Numbered from the stretch's first letter, positions 50,285-61,247 are shown. The stretch: 64,000 nt of DNA from Leptospirales bacterium (GCA_040326155.1 JBEQLE010000007.1:16990-80989); one strand, 5' to 3'. Notes: generated by a model from the sequence alone, not told the origin. Numbers and translations: made by a program.

Positions 50285-50800
50285 ATAAACTTATTTCTCA
50301 ACCCTTTCGAGAGATTTTTCAAAAATCGTTTGCATTTCCGGCAAATTAATTTCCAATCTTTTTCGGAGTAATTTGTTTTCTAAGTTGAGCGTTATCTTTA
50401 TAATATCCAGAAAAATTTTTTCCAAACCTCTATAAAATAAATACACTATTGATTTATGGGATATTTCAATTTTTATGACATCATTCATAAAGCGAAGCAC
50501 AATATATCAAACTAGCTAATTGTATCATTAAGTCAAGATTGTTTTTATATCCAATTAGAGTGAGTCTTTCTAGACCGACAGGGACGTCGGTTTTTCGATC
50601 TTGCGCCGGTCAAATTATTGCATCTAACTCTATTTGCGTATATTCAATATAAAATTATGAAACAAATACCAAAACTAATAGTATTCACGATCTGCGTTAC
50701 ACTGCTTCAGGCAGAAAGACAGCCTTCTGATATTATCAAAATACAGAATTGTGTTACTCCGGTTACAAAGCAAAATCATGTCATTATTTAAAACGGAACT

Positions 50801-51160
50801 TTAGTGAATGCCTGCACCTTCTGAAATTTCTTTAACAACTTTCTCCGTATCTCCAAAATGATATGCTACAATATTTTTTACATGGGCAAACGAATCAATA
50901 TCAATTTTTGTAAACTCAACGGCAAATCCATCCGAACAGTTGCGTATAATTCTGGCCTCAGCCCGAATAATAGTAGACTGATTCTCACTCAAGGGAATCT
51001 CGATCGAAATTTCAGCGCCGACAACCGGGGTATTTAAAACCTCAATAAACAGCCCTCTAACCGAAATATCACGAATTTTAACCGGAAATTTTTCTCCAAT
51101 AAATTCATATTGCCCTTCAATTGGAAATTCCACTCTGGTAAACCTTCTTTTACCCTTCAT
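50801..51160 (-). CDS. PilZ-domain protein
   Basis: RRFTR (RxxxR) and DISVRG (DxSxxG); start trimmed to MKGKRR. Confidence 0.88.
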   Translation of the reverse strand: MKGKRRFTRVEFPIEGQYEFIGEKFPVKIRDISVRGLFIEVLNTPVVGAEISIEIPLSENQSTIIRAEARIIRNCSDGFAVEFTKIDIDSFAHVKNIVAYHFGDTEKVVKEISEGAGIH

Positions 51161-51260
51161 AATAACCCCCGTCCGGCTAACAATAAGTGAGGGCCACATT
51201 TTGTCAAATGAAAACATCGAAACTATTGACAAGGAGAGGGGTAACTGGTTATGAACTCCT

Positions 51261-51815
51261 ATGAAACATCTAATTACACCGTTATTTATTTTAGCATCTT
51301 TTATTCTGGCAGGTTGTGGACCTTCCGTTCCTGTATGGCAACCAACGACTCAATTCCCGTTGCTCAATAGCGATGGAAGCGTATCCGAAAAAATCGAAAA
51401 CAGCATCTCGATTACAGGAGTTCCTGACAACGTTGAAATTCTTGTCTTAAACTTTTTTGCGCCGCATTGTCCTCCCTGTATTGCTGAATTACCCGAACTA
51501 AAAGAGATTTCAAAGATTATTGATTCACGCGAGAAGGTTGCCTTTTACGCAATCGGGTCCACGTTAACCTCGGTCAATAATCCCACACCGCCTTCCAAAG
51601 AACAAATTGTGAAAGAACTACTGGAATTTATCGAATTATATAAAATCGATTATCCCGTCTACCTTGCCGAAAGTAACAAATTACAAGACTTTGGAATTAC
51701 GGGATTTCCAGAAACGATTATTTTATACAGAAACGAAGAGCGTAAATGGTACATAAAAAGAAAATATGTATCGAGCATTAATCTCGGTAACGTACTCGAT
51801 TTTATAAAACTCTAA
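51261..51815 (+). CDS. TlpA/ResA-like thioredoxin-fold lipoprotein
   Basis: Lipobox LAGC, LNFFAPHCPPC, GFPET cis-Pro. Confidence 0.85.
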   Translation: MKHLITPLFILASFILAGCGPSVPVWQPTTQFPLLNSDGSVSEKIENSISITGVPDNVEILVLNFFAPHCPPCIAELPELKEISKIIDSREKVAFYAIGSTLTSVNNPTPPSKEQIVKELLEFIELYKIDYPVYLAESNKLQDFGITGFPETIILYRNEERKWYIKRKYVSSINLGNVLDFIKL

Positions 51816-51819
51816 GCCT

Positions 51820-52548
51820 ATGTTTGGCCGGGATGAAATATTAAGGCAATACGAAAAGCTCGGCGATGAGCTAAAAAGCATATCTGCCGAGCAGGTTCAA
51901 ATTATTGCGGTAACAAAAGCCCATGAACCTGAAATATTTCAAATATGTTCCGAGCTGAAAATTAAACACGTTGGGGAAAACCGCATTCAGGAATTAAAAA
52001 CAAAGTGTGAACAATTTCCCGCCGAAAGAGAGAATCTGTATATACACTTTATTGGAAACCTCCAGAGCAATAAGGCAAAATATCTTCCAGGTCGCATAAA
52101 CAGCCTCGACACCCTCGATTCACTTGATGTGGTCGAAAAGTTGACGCAACGATTAGACCCCAAAAGCGGCCCGATCTCCGCTCTGGTTCAGCTGAACACC
52201 AGCGGGGAACAGAGCAAATCGGGTCTTGGCGCCGAAAACTATCAGCCCATTCTGGAATTTGCTTCGGTTGTGCAAAAAACGGAAATGATAAACCTCGAAG
52301 GGGTAATGACCATGGGCCCTACCCCATCGGCAGACTTTTCAATGGAGAACCCGCAGTATCGAAAACAGACGGCGAACGCTTTCCAAAAAGCAAGTGAAGT
52401 TCGAAAACGCCTCGAAGAAGATCTCGGTTGCCAACTTCCCAGACTCTCCATGGGGATGAGCCACGACTACGAAATTGCCATAGAAAACGGAGCTACCGAA
52501 ATTCGGGTCGGGTCACTGCTTTTCGGCGCCCGCCCCGCTCGACACTGA
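51820..52548 (+). CDS. yggS: PLP homeostasis protein (YggS)
   Basis: IAVTK, GENRIQE, HFIGNLQSNK, LSMGMSHDYEIAIENGATEIRVG. Confidence 0.93.
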   Translation: MFGRDEILRQYEKLGDELKSISAEQVQIIAVTKAHEPEIFQICSELKIKHVGENRIQELKTKCEQFPAERENLYIHFIGNLQSNKAKYLPGRINSLDTLDSLDVVEKLTQRLDPKSGPISALVQLNTSGEQSKSGLGAENYQPILEFASVVQKTEMINLEGVMTMGPTPSADFSMENPQYRKQTANAFQKASEVRKRLEEDLGCQLPRLSMGMSHDYEIAIENGATEIRVGSLLFGARPARH

Positions 52549-52570
52549 AGCTTTAAGATGCTTTAATAAT

Positions 52571-53656
52571 TTAAGAAACGCCGGCAGTTTTCTCCACCGG
52601 AATTACTTTTTCCGCTTCATCTTCAGATTTTTCAGCCACTTTCTCGGGTTCTTCTAGAACCACAAGGGCAGCGCGTATTTTAGCTTCAATTTCATTTGCC
52701 ATCTCAGGATGTTGTAAAAAGAACTGACGGGCGTTCTCTTTCCCTTGTCCTAAACGAGTTTCACCGTAAGAGTACCAGGTACCGGCTTTCTTGACAAATT
52801 CACCTTTAACCCCTTCGTCTAAAATACAGGCCTCTCGTGAAATACCCTGGTCAAACATAATATCAAATTCAACCTTACGAAAAGGCGGCGCCACCTTGTT
52901 TTTTACAACTTTGACACGAACCCGGTTACCAATAGGTTCATCGCCCTTCGTTAACGATTCAATTCTACGAATGTCCAGTCGAACAGAGGCGTAAAACTTT
53001 AAAGCGTTCCCGCCGGTAGTTGTTTCGGGCGAACCAAACATAACCCCGATTTTCATCCGAATCTGATTAATAAAAATTATAATTGTATTACTTTTTTGAA
53101 TTACAGCGGTAAGTTTTCGCAGGGCCTGGCTCATTAGTCGAGCCTGAAGCCCCATGTGAGCGTCGCCCATATCACCTTCAATTTCAGCTTTTGGTACCAG
53201 AGCGGCCACAGAATCAATGACAATAACATCAAGTGCATTGGAACGAACCAGCGACTCCACAATTTCGAGAGCCTGTTCACCGGAATCGGGCTGAGAAACT
53301 AAAAGTTCATCGACATTTACCCCGAGTTTTTTTGCATAAGATGGATCTAGTGCGTGTTCTGCGTCAATAAAAGCAGCCATTCCGCCAAGTTTCTGAGCTT
53401 CTGCAATTACATGCAGAGTAAGCGTAGTTTTACCGGAAGACTCAGGACCATAAATTTCAACAACACGGCCGCGCGGTAGTCCGCCAATTCCAAGAGCCAT
53501 ATCGAGTGGAAGTGCTCCTGTAGAAATAGCTTCCATAGGGGCAATCGCCGATGAATCCATTTTCATTACGGCCCCCTTTCCAAACTGTTTTTCAATATTT
53601 AAAAGGGCCTGTGACAGGGCTTGTTTCTTATCTGTATCGCTTTTCGTGGCTTTCAT
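52571..53656 (-). CDS. recA: Recombinase A
   Basis: [33 protein letters not shown]. Confidence 0.98.
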   Translation of the reverse strand: MKATKSDTDKKQALSQALLNIEKQFGKGAVMKMDSSAIAPMEAISTGALPLDMALGIGGLPRGRVVEIYGPESSGKTTLTLHVIAEAQKLGGMAAFIDAEHALDPSYAKKLGVNVDELLVSQPDSGEQALEIVESLVRSNALDVIVIDSVAALVPKAEIEGDMGDAHMGLQARLMSQALRKLTAVIQKSNTIIIFINQIRMKIGVMFGSPETTTGGNALKFYASVRLDIRRIESLTKGDEPIGNRVRVKVVKNKVAPPFRKVEFDIMFDQGISREACILDEGVKGEFVKKAGTWYSYGETRLGQGKENARQFFLQHPEMANEIEAKIRAALVVLEEPEKVAEKSEDEAEKVIPVEKTAGVS

Positions 53657-54044
53657 AGTGATTGTGTTTCTCCGAGCTGAATTTGTACTAATCTATATTT
53701 TAAAACATCTAGCTGTTTAAGAGGGGCTTTGTCAAATACTTTAATATGTCTCATTTTCTTTTCATGCATAACTACTCCATAAATAAATTACCTGTTTCTA
53801 TAAGGGTAATAGCCGTTTTTTGGTTTTTATTTCACAAATCACCAAATTTTTTGCCAGAATCGATAAAATAAAGAAAAAAATGATAAAAAGGGGAAGTCTC
53901 CCCTTCCGCATCGGCTGCCCTGCGGGCGAGCCTACGCTTAACCCCTCGATATTATAGATTTCAGGTATGCAAACTTTAAAGAATAAATTGACAATAAGGA
54001 GAGGTTGTATTCATTAGATTAAAAACGTACTTAAGGAGAACATT

Positions 54045-54389
54045 ATGAGTCATTTCATGAAAACAGTTACCAAAACAATTATCATCACAATTCTTGCTAT
54101 GGGTATAAACATGTCGACATTTGGTATTGATGCCAAAGAATTTAAAAAATTCTGGAGTGGCATCGATCAAAGTAAGATAGCAGATATTTTCATTTCGGGA
54201 CCAAGTGATCAGTTTTTAGGTGCACTTAAATACTCAGATACGCTTAAATTCGAAATCACAGAAAAAAGTTTACTTATAATAAGTCCGCAAGAAAAAATTA
54301 GAACATTAATCAACCTTGACGATATTATTTCAGTCAGTTACCGAGAAAAAGGCAACGGCAAAGGGATTCTTGCATTACGTATAAATTAA
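54045..54389 (+). CDS. Hypothetical secreted protein
   Basis: RBS AAGGAG, signal-peptide-like N-terminus. Confidence 0.6.
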   Translation: MSHFMKTVTKTIIITILAMGINMSTFGIDAKEFKKFWSGIDQSKIADIFISGPSDQFLGALKYSDTLKFEITEKSLLIISPQEKIRTLINLDDIISVSYREKGNGKGILALRIN

Positions 54390-54676
54390 AAAAATGTGGG
54401 TAGACTTACTTTTTTGCCACCAAAAAAGTAACAATAAACCGCCCGGACACGCCAACATCCCAACATTGATTTAATTATTCAAACTATTCTTGTGATTGGA
54501 TATTATGGTTAAGCCGCTGGTAAGATTATTCATAATATTATCAATTTGACTAACAAAAACCTTAGCCATAGTAGCCATAGACAATCTCAAACGGTATTCT
54601 AGTAATTCGATTTCGCAATGATTCTGTAAATTTAATGCTGGACAGGTATTTTTGCCTTCATTAAAGTGATCATGCT

Positions 54677-54889
54677 ATGGGTATCCCGGAAAGAATAATG
54701 GAAAGTATTAATGAATTGCCTGAAGGCAAGCAATTAGAAGTCCTAGATTTTGTTGAGTATCTTAAATTGAAAACCGAAAAGGAAGAAAATCGGGAATGGA
54801 CAGATTTATCAATTTCATCTGCAATGCATGGAATGGCTGATGAGCCCTCTCCGTATTCAATACAAGATTTAAAAGAAACTTTTTCATGA
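54677..54889 (+). CDS. DUF2281-like putative antitoxin
   Basis: LPEGKQLEVLDFVEYLK..YSIQDLKE; ATGA overlap with a toxin gene. Confidence 0.75.
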   Translation: MGIPERIMESINELPEGKQLEVLDFVEYLKLKTEKEENREWTDLSISSAMHGMADEPSPYSIQDLKETFS

Positions 54890-55065
54890 TTTCTGAAGGC
54901 AAAGTTGTATTATTTAAATTTCCGCAAACAGATCTTGTTGACGGTAAATTGAGGCCGGCTCTTATTCTACGTAAGCTCCCAGGAAAATTTGACGATTGGC
55001 CGGGGCCAACTGGCCAACGGCTCACGCGCGCCTTCGGGTCTCACATTCGTTCAACCACATTTTGA
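54886..55065 (+). pseudogene. PemK/MazF-family toxin, truncated after ~38 codons
   Basis: Hand translation MISEGKVVLFKFPQTDLVDGKLRPALILRKLPGKFDDW, then unrelated GC-rich sequence and a stop. Confidence 0.75.
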
Positions 55066-55146
55066 GACTACCTGAGTTTAACCGCCAAGCTCGCACCCAG
55101 AAGGTTGGTAAACCTTCCCGGGAGGTTAGTTTGGTGCTCGTTAGGC
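55004..55146 (+). other. Structured GC-rich element ending in GTTAGGC (attC-like)
   Basis: Nested hairpins gtctca/tgagac and gaaggtt/aaccttc; GTTRRRY at 55140-55146. Confidence 0.35.
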
Positions 55147-55301
55147 GGGTCGAGGCAACCCAAAACATCAGATAAAATTGAAATGTTATCTGAAAAAATC
55201 ATGTATATCCATTATCTAAGCTCACCATCCTTGGTTCGCTAATTTTTGTTGTAAAGGCATCTCAATATGGTTATTATGTCACTATAATTATTGGAATTCA
55301 G

Positions 55302-56309
55302 ATGGAATACGTTCGATATATTAATAAAACATTGCAGCCTAAAGTAGATTCAGACCTGAATATTAAGGTCTTAGACCTATTTGCCGGTTGTGGGGGTTTA
55401 TCTTTGGGTTTCGAAGCAGCCGGTTTTGAGACTTACGGTTATGAAATGGACGAAACAGCAGCTACAACCTACAATAATAATCTAATCGGTCATTGTGAAC
55501 ATACTACACTTTCCACCGAAATAGAATATCCCGATGCAGATATCGTCATTGGAGGCCCACCATGTCAGCCCTTCAGTGTTAGAGGTAAGCAAAGTGGATT
55601 GTCTGACTCAAGAGACGGTTTTCCTATTTTCATTGATGCAATTGCTAAGGTTAATCCTGAAATTTGGTTATTCGAAAATGTACGAGGTATGCTTTATAAA
55701 AACAAAGAGTATCTCAATGAGGTTATAAGCTCATTATCAAAATTAGGTTATAACATTTATTATAAATTATTGAATGCAAAATCTTATGGGGTTCCACAGA
55801 ATAGAGAACGAGTTATCGTGATCGGTAGCAAAAAAACATTTTCCTTTCCAAAAGAAAAGGACAACTATGTTACTGTTAATGAAGCAATAGAAGACCTTGC
55901 TGCACAAGATTATCCGGAATCAAAAGTACTCACACCGAATATGGACAAGTATATTAAAAAATATGAAATCGCTTCCAAGTGTATTAATCCGAGGGATCTT
56001 TGGTTTGATCGCCCCGCTAGAACATTGACATGCAGGAACCTAGCTGGTCAAACTAGTGATATGCAAAGAATAAGATTAAAAAATGGAGAGCGCAGAATGT
56101 TGTTAACTAATGAAGCGGCTCGCCTGCAAAGTTTTCCCGATTGGTTTAAATTTTCGGGTTCAGAAACACAAGTTTTTAATCAAATTGGTAACTCTGTTGC
56201 ACCTTTATTTAGCTACCATCTAGCCTCGCGTATGAAAGAATATATTTTACAGAATGGTCTTACAGAAAGGGATAACCAATATGCAATGCAAATGGTAATG
56301 TTTGAATGA
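55302..56309 (+). CDS. DNA (cytosine-5)-methyltransferase
   Basis: Motifs I LFAGCGG, IV GGPPCQ, VI ENV, VIII QNRER, X QIGNSV. Confidence 0.95.
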   Translation: MEYVRYINKTLQPKVDSDLNIKVLDLFAGCGGLSLGFEAAGFETYGYEMDETAATTYNNNLIGHCEHTTLSTEIEYPDADIVIGGPPCQPFSVRGKQSGLSDSRDGFPIFIDAIAKVNPEIWLFENVRGMLYKNKEYLNEVISSLSKLGYNIYYKLLNAKSYGVPQNRERVIVIGSKKTFSFPKEKDNYVTVNEAIEDLAAQDYPESKVLTPNMDKYIKKYEIASKCINPRDLWFDRPARTLTCRNLAGQTSDMQRIRLKNGERRMLLTNEAARLQSFPDWFKFSGSETQVFNQIGNSVAPLFSYHLASRMKEYILQNGLTERDNQYAMQMVMFE

Positions 56310-57319
56310 ATATAATCGAACGGTTGCAAAATACAGACACATTTAAATCGAAACCTGTCAAAACTCAAGAGCTCATTCTTTCCATTTTAAAATTCTTAGA
56401 AATTACTGGTCTACCAATAGATCAAACCCCTCGGCGAGTCGAACGTATGTGTCTAGTCTTTCTAGCATGTAGTGATATAAAACAAACTTCCGATTTAAAA
56501 CATCCTAAAACACTATCAGAAGGATATTCTTTGAAAACCCGCGATGTCATCAATTTTGTAAATGAACACTTAGGAGAAAATATATCTTCTGGGTCGTATG
56601 ACGATATTCGAAGGAAAGATTTAAAATTCTTGGTGCTCAGCAATATAATAGTTCAATCTTCGCCAAACTCCGCTACAAATGATTCCACACGCGGTTATTC
56701 ATTAAATCCAGATTACAAAAAATTCGTAAAAATGATTGGCTCAAAAAACTGGGAAAAAGTTCTCTTAAAGAAAATTCCAAAAGTACAGCCTTTGTCAGAA
56801 CTACTAGCCAGAAAGCGTGATCTAAACAGAATACCTTTGATTTTACCAGATGGTCAAGCTTTATCACTCTCACCCGGCAAACATAATCAACTCCAAAAAC
56901 TTATTGTAGAAGATTTTTTACCAGTATATGGGTTTGGTGCTGAAGTACTTTATGTAGGTGACACTGATAATAAATACTTGCTAGTAAATCAAAAATCATT
57001 GGATAAGTTAAATCTATTTGAAATTGCACATGATGAATTACCTGATGTCATCGCGTACTCAAAGAAAAAGAATTGGTTGTTCTTTATTGAAGCAGTGCAT
57101 TCATCAGGCCCAATTTCTGAAACAAGGCTGCTACGATTAAAGAAATTGTCAAAAAAAAGTAAAGCTGATATTGTTTTCGTGACTGCATTCTTAGGGAAAT
57201 CTGATTTTAGGAAATTCATTGCCGATATAGCTTGGGAAACAGAAGTTTGGATTGCGGATAATCCGGAACACATAATTCACTTCAACGGAGATAAATTCTT
57301 AGGACCATACTCGTCATAA
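56306..57319 (+). CDS. Type II restriction endonuclease, BsuBI/PstI family
   Basis: GSYDDIRRK, LSPGKHNQL, LPDVI, WLFFIEAVHSSGPI, IAWETEVW, IHFNGDKFL; overlaps the MTase stop. Confidence 0.88.
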   Translation: MNIIERLQNTDTFKSKPVKTQELILSILKFLEITGLPIDQTPRRVERMCLVFLACSDIKQTSDLKHPKTLSEGYSLKTRDVINFVNEHLGENISSGSYDDIRRKDLKFLVLSNIIVQSSPNSATNDSTRGYSLNPDYKKFVKMIGSKNWEKVLLKKIPKVQPLSELLARKRDLNRIPLILPDGQALSLSPGKHNQLQKLIVEDFLPVYGFGAEVLYVGDTDNKYLLVNQKSLDKLNLFEIAHDELPDVIAYSKKKNWLFFIEAVHSSGPISETRLLRLKKLSKKSKADIVFVTAFLGKSDFRKFIADIAWETEVWIADNPEHIIHFNGDKFLGPYSS

Positions 57320-57423
57320 ATTTCACTCGCCCTCCTATATATAAACTGACCGCAATGCTCAAGCCCTTATATGAAAAGCTACCCCATAAGGGTGCAGCAG
57401 AAGAGTTTTAATGGAGGTACATC

Positions 57424-57522
57424 ATGAAACATTACATAGGTATTGACAACTCGAAATTGACGCACTCCGTTTCTATTATCGATGCAAACGGAACTAAACT
57501 ATATGTTCTTTCTATTTTTTAA
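57424..57522 (+). mobile_element. IS110-family transposase 5' remnant
   Basis: RBS GGAGG + MKHYIGIDNSKLTHSVSIIDANG (GID first DEDD Asp), then stop. Confidence 0.65.
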
Positions 57523-57704
57523 AAACAAAAGGGGTGGTGGAGAACTTTTTTTGTACACAAAAAACGGTCGGAGCCAGGGGAAACAGATATTTACTCTGGG
57601 TGGTTAAACCCCTTTCCCCCTTGATTTAAATCTTGAAATTCAGACAACCGCTTCTCGACGAACTGTTCGCTGAGAAACGGTTATCTGTTTATCTCTGGAA
57701 GAAT

Positions 57705-60700
57705 TTAAGGATTAATTCTTCTGATAATGGCGTCAAAATTCAATCCAGAAATTGTTACACCGGAAGTTATTATTATGTGGTTTGTCTGGTCGATGGCAAC
57801 TCCTGCGCCCAGGTTATTTCTAAAGTCATCGTATTTACGTGACCCACCTGCTGCAAAAGTTGTATCGAGAGTTCCACTGAATGGATTTACACGCCAGACT
57901 CCCGCAAAAATCGAATATTTACCGGCAACCACCAGTCGACCGGAATTATCGATTGTAATTCGTTGTCCAATGCTGTAGTCTTGAAATGTAGCTCTTCCGT
58001 TTACACCAAAGCCATTTAAAGCGCCTCCGTTAGATGCGTCCCATGCCTGTACTATCATACTTTGTACCGTTCCAAATCTGCTGGAACCTGTAGCATAAAG
58101 TACTAAAGATGCATCATCAAAATGCAGGCCATACAAATAGGCATTTGGAACAATTACACCCCGGTTTTGTCCGTCGTTCGGGAAGGCGGTGTCTGGCCTT
58201 CCGTTATTCTTGTAACGCATGATAAAACCCGTAGGCATACCACCGGTTTTCGGGGTGTGGTATCCGGTCAAGTAGACGTCGTCTGCATTTCCAAAAGCGA
58301 CATCGTATGCATATGTGTAGATGTTGGGGTCGTTATGTTTGTGAGTGACATACCCAAGTCCATTGTTAAAAGTAGTGTCGGTCTGGCCGCTTCGAGTCAA
58401 TTTCCATACCACGGCGATAACCGGCCCGTTTAGTATTTTAGCAAAACCAGAAACAAGAAATCGGTTACTTCGTTTGCTGAATACAAATCCAGAGCTCGAT
58501 TGTGCCGGTATGCCCATACTTAAAATCGCCATACCGTTTGTACCGAAAGCGGTATCTAGAGTGCCGTTCGATATATATTTCCAGACGGTCAGGTTTTGTC
58601 CGCTCACTTGCGAGAAGCCCGAGACAAAGATAGCATCGTTTTGGTCGATATAAACACCGGCGCTCTTTTCGACACCATTCATTTGATAAATTACCAGTCC
58701 GTTGCCGTTCGGTCCGAAAGTTCCGTCGAGAGTTCCATCGGGGTTAAATCTCCATATTGCGATGTCAAAATAGGTTGGAGCGGCATTTTGAACCGTTCCC
58801 ACCATTATAATTCGACCCTGAGAGTCAACAGCTACGTCAGCCCCTTGATCTTGTTCCCCGGTATGGTCATATGTGTATATTCCCGTTGCGTTAAAAGTTT
58901 TATCGTAGGCGCCGCTAATTACGGTCGGAACACAAGTGACCGATATTGCGCTGACATGCCCGCCTGCTATGGTTCCAGTTGTAGGCGTTGCCGGTAAATT
59001 ACACGAAAAACCAACCGGTTGTTGTAAAATTGTGACGGAATATGAATCTCCATCATAATATAACGGAGCAAAGGCAAAAGCTCCATCGGCGGTTACGGTT
59101 ACATCGTCGTAACCACTTGGTACGGTATTTCGCACTACCAGAGTTCCACTGGTTAGTCCCGTTACATTACCGCCAACATTGTAAGAAGGGGAAATACAAT
59201 TTATGTCAATGTTCGTTACAGGGCTCGTACCTACGGTTCCATTGTTTACCGGGTTCACAAAATTACACCGGTGGTTTAACGGTAGTAAGGAGAATGTTAC
59301 ACTGTAGGCGCCGCCGCTGAATACAGACTGGGTAAACTGATAAGGACCATTTGCCGTAAGATTTAAAGTTTCGAAATTATTTTTAATGGTTAACTGACCA
59401 CTTTGTAAACCGGTCAAGGTACCGCCAATGGTGAAAAGCGGGTTGTCGGCCAGGTTGGGGTCGGTTCCATTTTGATATTCGGTGAGGTTGTCCCACCCAT
59501 CTCCATCGGTGTCTAGTGTTCCATCGGCAGAACCGACACTTGCAGGGTCTGCGTCCAGTCCGTTTTCAATTTCCCAACGGTCGTTCATTCCGTCGGCGTC
59601 AACATCAGTGTTAAACAGGCCGCCGGGGCCCGCTAAAGCCCCGGTTTCAGCTCCGGGATTACTGCCTGTTACCGGGGCATACGAAACTAACGATCCGTTT
59701 CTGTCACTATCTACCGCTTTAATATAGACTTCTAATGTAGAAGCTGCAGTTATGTCGGCTAATATATAAGCAAAATCAGCAGAAACGGCGCTTGTTAAAT
59801 CTACGCTGTATACGTTTCTGGCCCCTGGAACCATAGGCAAAGAGGAGAATGCGGCCATGCTTGGTGTTTTATAAAACAGGGTCGCGGTAATTGCTGTCGT
59901 GTCCATGATGGTGGCACTTATTCGGGTGGGAGTTTGTGAAACATAACCGGTTACGGCGTCGGTAGCATACTCTATCTGCGCGGGGTTTATTTTAGGGGCC
60001 TTGGTAGGGCCGGTCGTTTTAACGCCAAATAAAGTAAAGTGGTCTACCTGTGCTGATACCGTTTTTGTGGTTGTGTTTACAACACCTCCGATAGCTACCC
60101 ATTCGTTTCGCGCGGTATCAAAATAGGCTATTTCAAGTAAATTTTCGTCAGAGCCAAGCGCTTGCACCTCAGCTGGATTATAATTTAAAGTAATTGTAAT
60201 GTCCTGATTAAACTGAGTTCCATCTGGAAGCATGTCGTATGTATTCGATAATATCTGCCCCGAAGAGAAACTCTGGGTTTTGGACGCTCCCATAGGGACA
60301 ATTTCAATAGAGGCGTCAACGTTTAAAGCCCCCGCTGGTATGGAAAGCTCGGCTTCGCCGATTAATGATACGTTTCCTCCACTGGCTGCGGTAATCGGAA
60401 CTGCTGCACCTTGCGTAGTCGTTGCATCAATAACCGATATGACCGGTTTCAACATATACCCTTGACCCTTGTTATAATGCACCGATTTTTCAGCGTTAAA
60501 ATCTATTGTTAGTGATGTATAACCTTGTTCGAGTACTTCAAATTCTCGGTTTAATTTTATTCCTGTCTGAGTTCCAGAAGGAACCTTAAGAGGTTCTATG
60601 TTTGTAGAACCATTCAAAGTAACTTCAATGGTGTTTTCATCATTCAGGTAAAGCCTCATCTGCTTGTAAACGCCAGGTTCGAGATTAAAATAACCGAGTT

Positions 60701-61016
60701 CAGCGGTTGTTCCATTTTGCAATGTCAGCAGGTCAAAGTTTCGACCAGCGTCGCCATAATCGATTACGTTTATCCAACCGGCCGTTTCGGAATAGATTTC
60801 AATTTTATTTATATTTACATTTACAGCAGTAACATCTTGATTAGCGATAGGAAAGTCGGTTAGAAAGAAACCCACGAGACCTTGATCGGAATTCTCTCCG
60901 TACGCTGTGTCCGGATGCGAAGTAATATTTTGATTGCTTGTGCCTGTGCAGGAAATTGCAAACAGAGTAAACCAGACAATCGCCATAGATTTTAAAACTT
61001 TTTGAATTTGTACCAT
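57705..61016 (-). CDS. Large surface lipoprotein: DUF4382, ZU5-like, Ca-binding DxDxDG, Ig-like repeats and delta-60 beta-propeller repeats
   Basis: Lipobox FAISC; LTDFP..LKVPSGTQTGIK..DFNAEKS; LSIPAGAL..HFT; DVDADG/DTDGDG; GGTLTGL/GGNVTGL; repeated GTLDTAFG. Confidence 0.8.
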   Translation of the reverse strand: MVQIQKVLKSMAIVWFTLFAISCTGTSNQNITSHPDTAYGENSDQGLVGFFLTDFPIANQDVTAVNVNINKIEIYSETAGWINVIDYGDAGRNFDLLTLQNGTTAELGYFNLEPGVYKQMRLYLNDENTIEVTLNGSTNIEPLKVPSGTQTGIKLNREFEVLEQGYTSLTIDFNAEKSVHYNKGQGYMLKPVISVIDATTTQGAAVPITAASGGNVSLIGEAELSIPAGALNVDASIEIVPMGASKTQSFSSGQILSNTYDMLPDGTQFNQDITITLNYNPAEVQALGSDENLLEIAYFDTARNEWVAIGGVVNTTTKTVSAQVDHFTLFGVKTTGPTKAPKINPAQIEYATDAVTGYVSQTPTRISATIMDTTAITATLFYKTPSMAAFSSLPMVPGARNVYSVDLTSAVSADFAYILADITAASTLEVYIKAVDSDRNGSLVSYAPVTGSNPGAETGALAGPGGLFNTDVDADGMNDRWEIENGLDADPASVGSADGTLDTDGDGWDNLTEYQNGTDPNLADNPLFTIGGTLTGLQSGQLTIKNNFETLNLTANGPYQFTQSVFSGGAYSVTFSLLPLNHRCNFVNPVNNGTVGTSPVTNIDINCISPSYNVGGNVTGLTSGTLVVRNTVPSGYDDVTVTADGAFAFAPLYYDGDSYSVTILQQPVGFSCNLPATPTTGTIAGGHVSAISVTCVPTVISGAYDKTFNATGIYTYDHTGEQDQGADVAVDSQGRIIMVGTVQNAAPTYFDIAIWRFNPDGTLDGTFGPNGNGLVIYQMNGVEKSAGVYIDQNDAIFVSGFSQVSGQNLTVWKYISNGTLDTAFGTNGMAILSMGIPAQSSSGFVFSKRSNRFLVSGFAKILNGPVIAVVWKLTRSGQTDTTFNNGLGYVTHKHNDPNIYTYAYDVAFGNADDVYLTGYHTPKTGGMPTGFIMRYKNNGRPDTAFPNDGQNRGVIVPNAYLYGLHFDDASLVLYATGSSRFGTVQSMIVQAWDASNGGALNGFGVNGRATFQDYSIGQRITIDNSGRLVVAGKYSIFAGVWRVNPFSGTLDTTFAAGGSRKYDDFRNNLGAGVAIDQTNHIIITSGVTISGLNFDAIIRRINP

Positions 61017-61132
61017 GTCAAAGACCTCTCTTTTTTTTACTGCTTACACGACTTGATCAATAGTGTCAAACATTTAATTTAAAATATATATTTTTATATA
61101 GTTTTTTGACATGTTGAAATTATATAAATATT

Positions 61133-61247
61133 GCATAACGCCTATTGGTAATATTGTTTTCTTTACTAATGAAGTATCTGCTTTTTACTCAACTTGCAAA
61201 TGTCCTGCCATCTACTCTTTTTTAAGAGCTTCAGTGAGAAGTTATGC
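61133..61247 (+). other. attC-like remnant bounded by GCATAAC...GTTATGC
   Basis: Complementary 7-mers 115 bp apart, followed by a gene-tail fragment (DRLMIWMFSLAVTSAGVVIAILR*). Confidence 0.3.

Noticed and set aside
53660..53760. LexA box upstream of recA
   Set aside because: No TTTG-N5-CAAA or other known SOS box; tttgtcaaa is better explained as the -35 TTGACA
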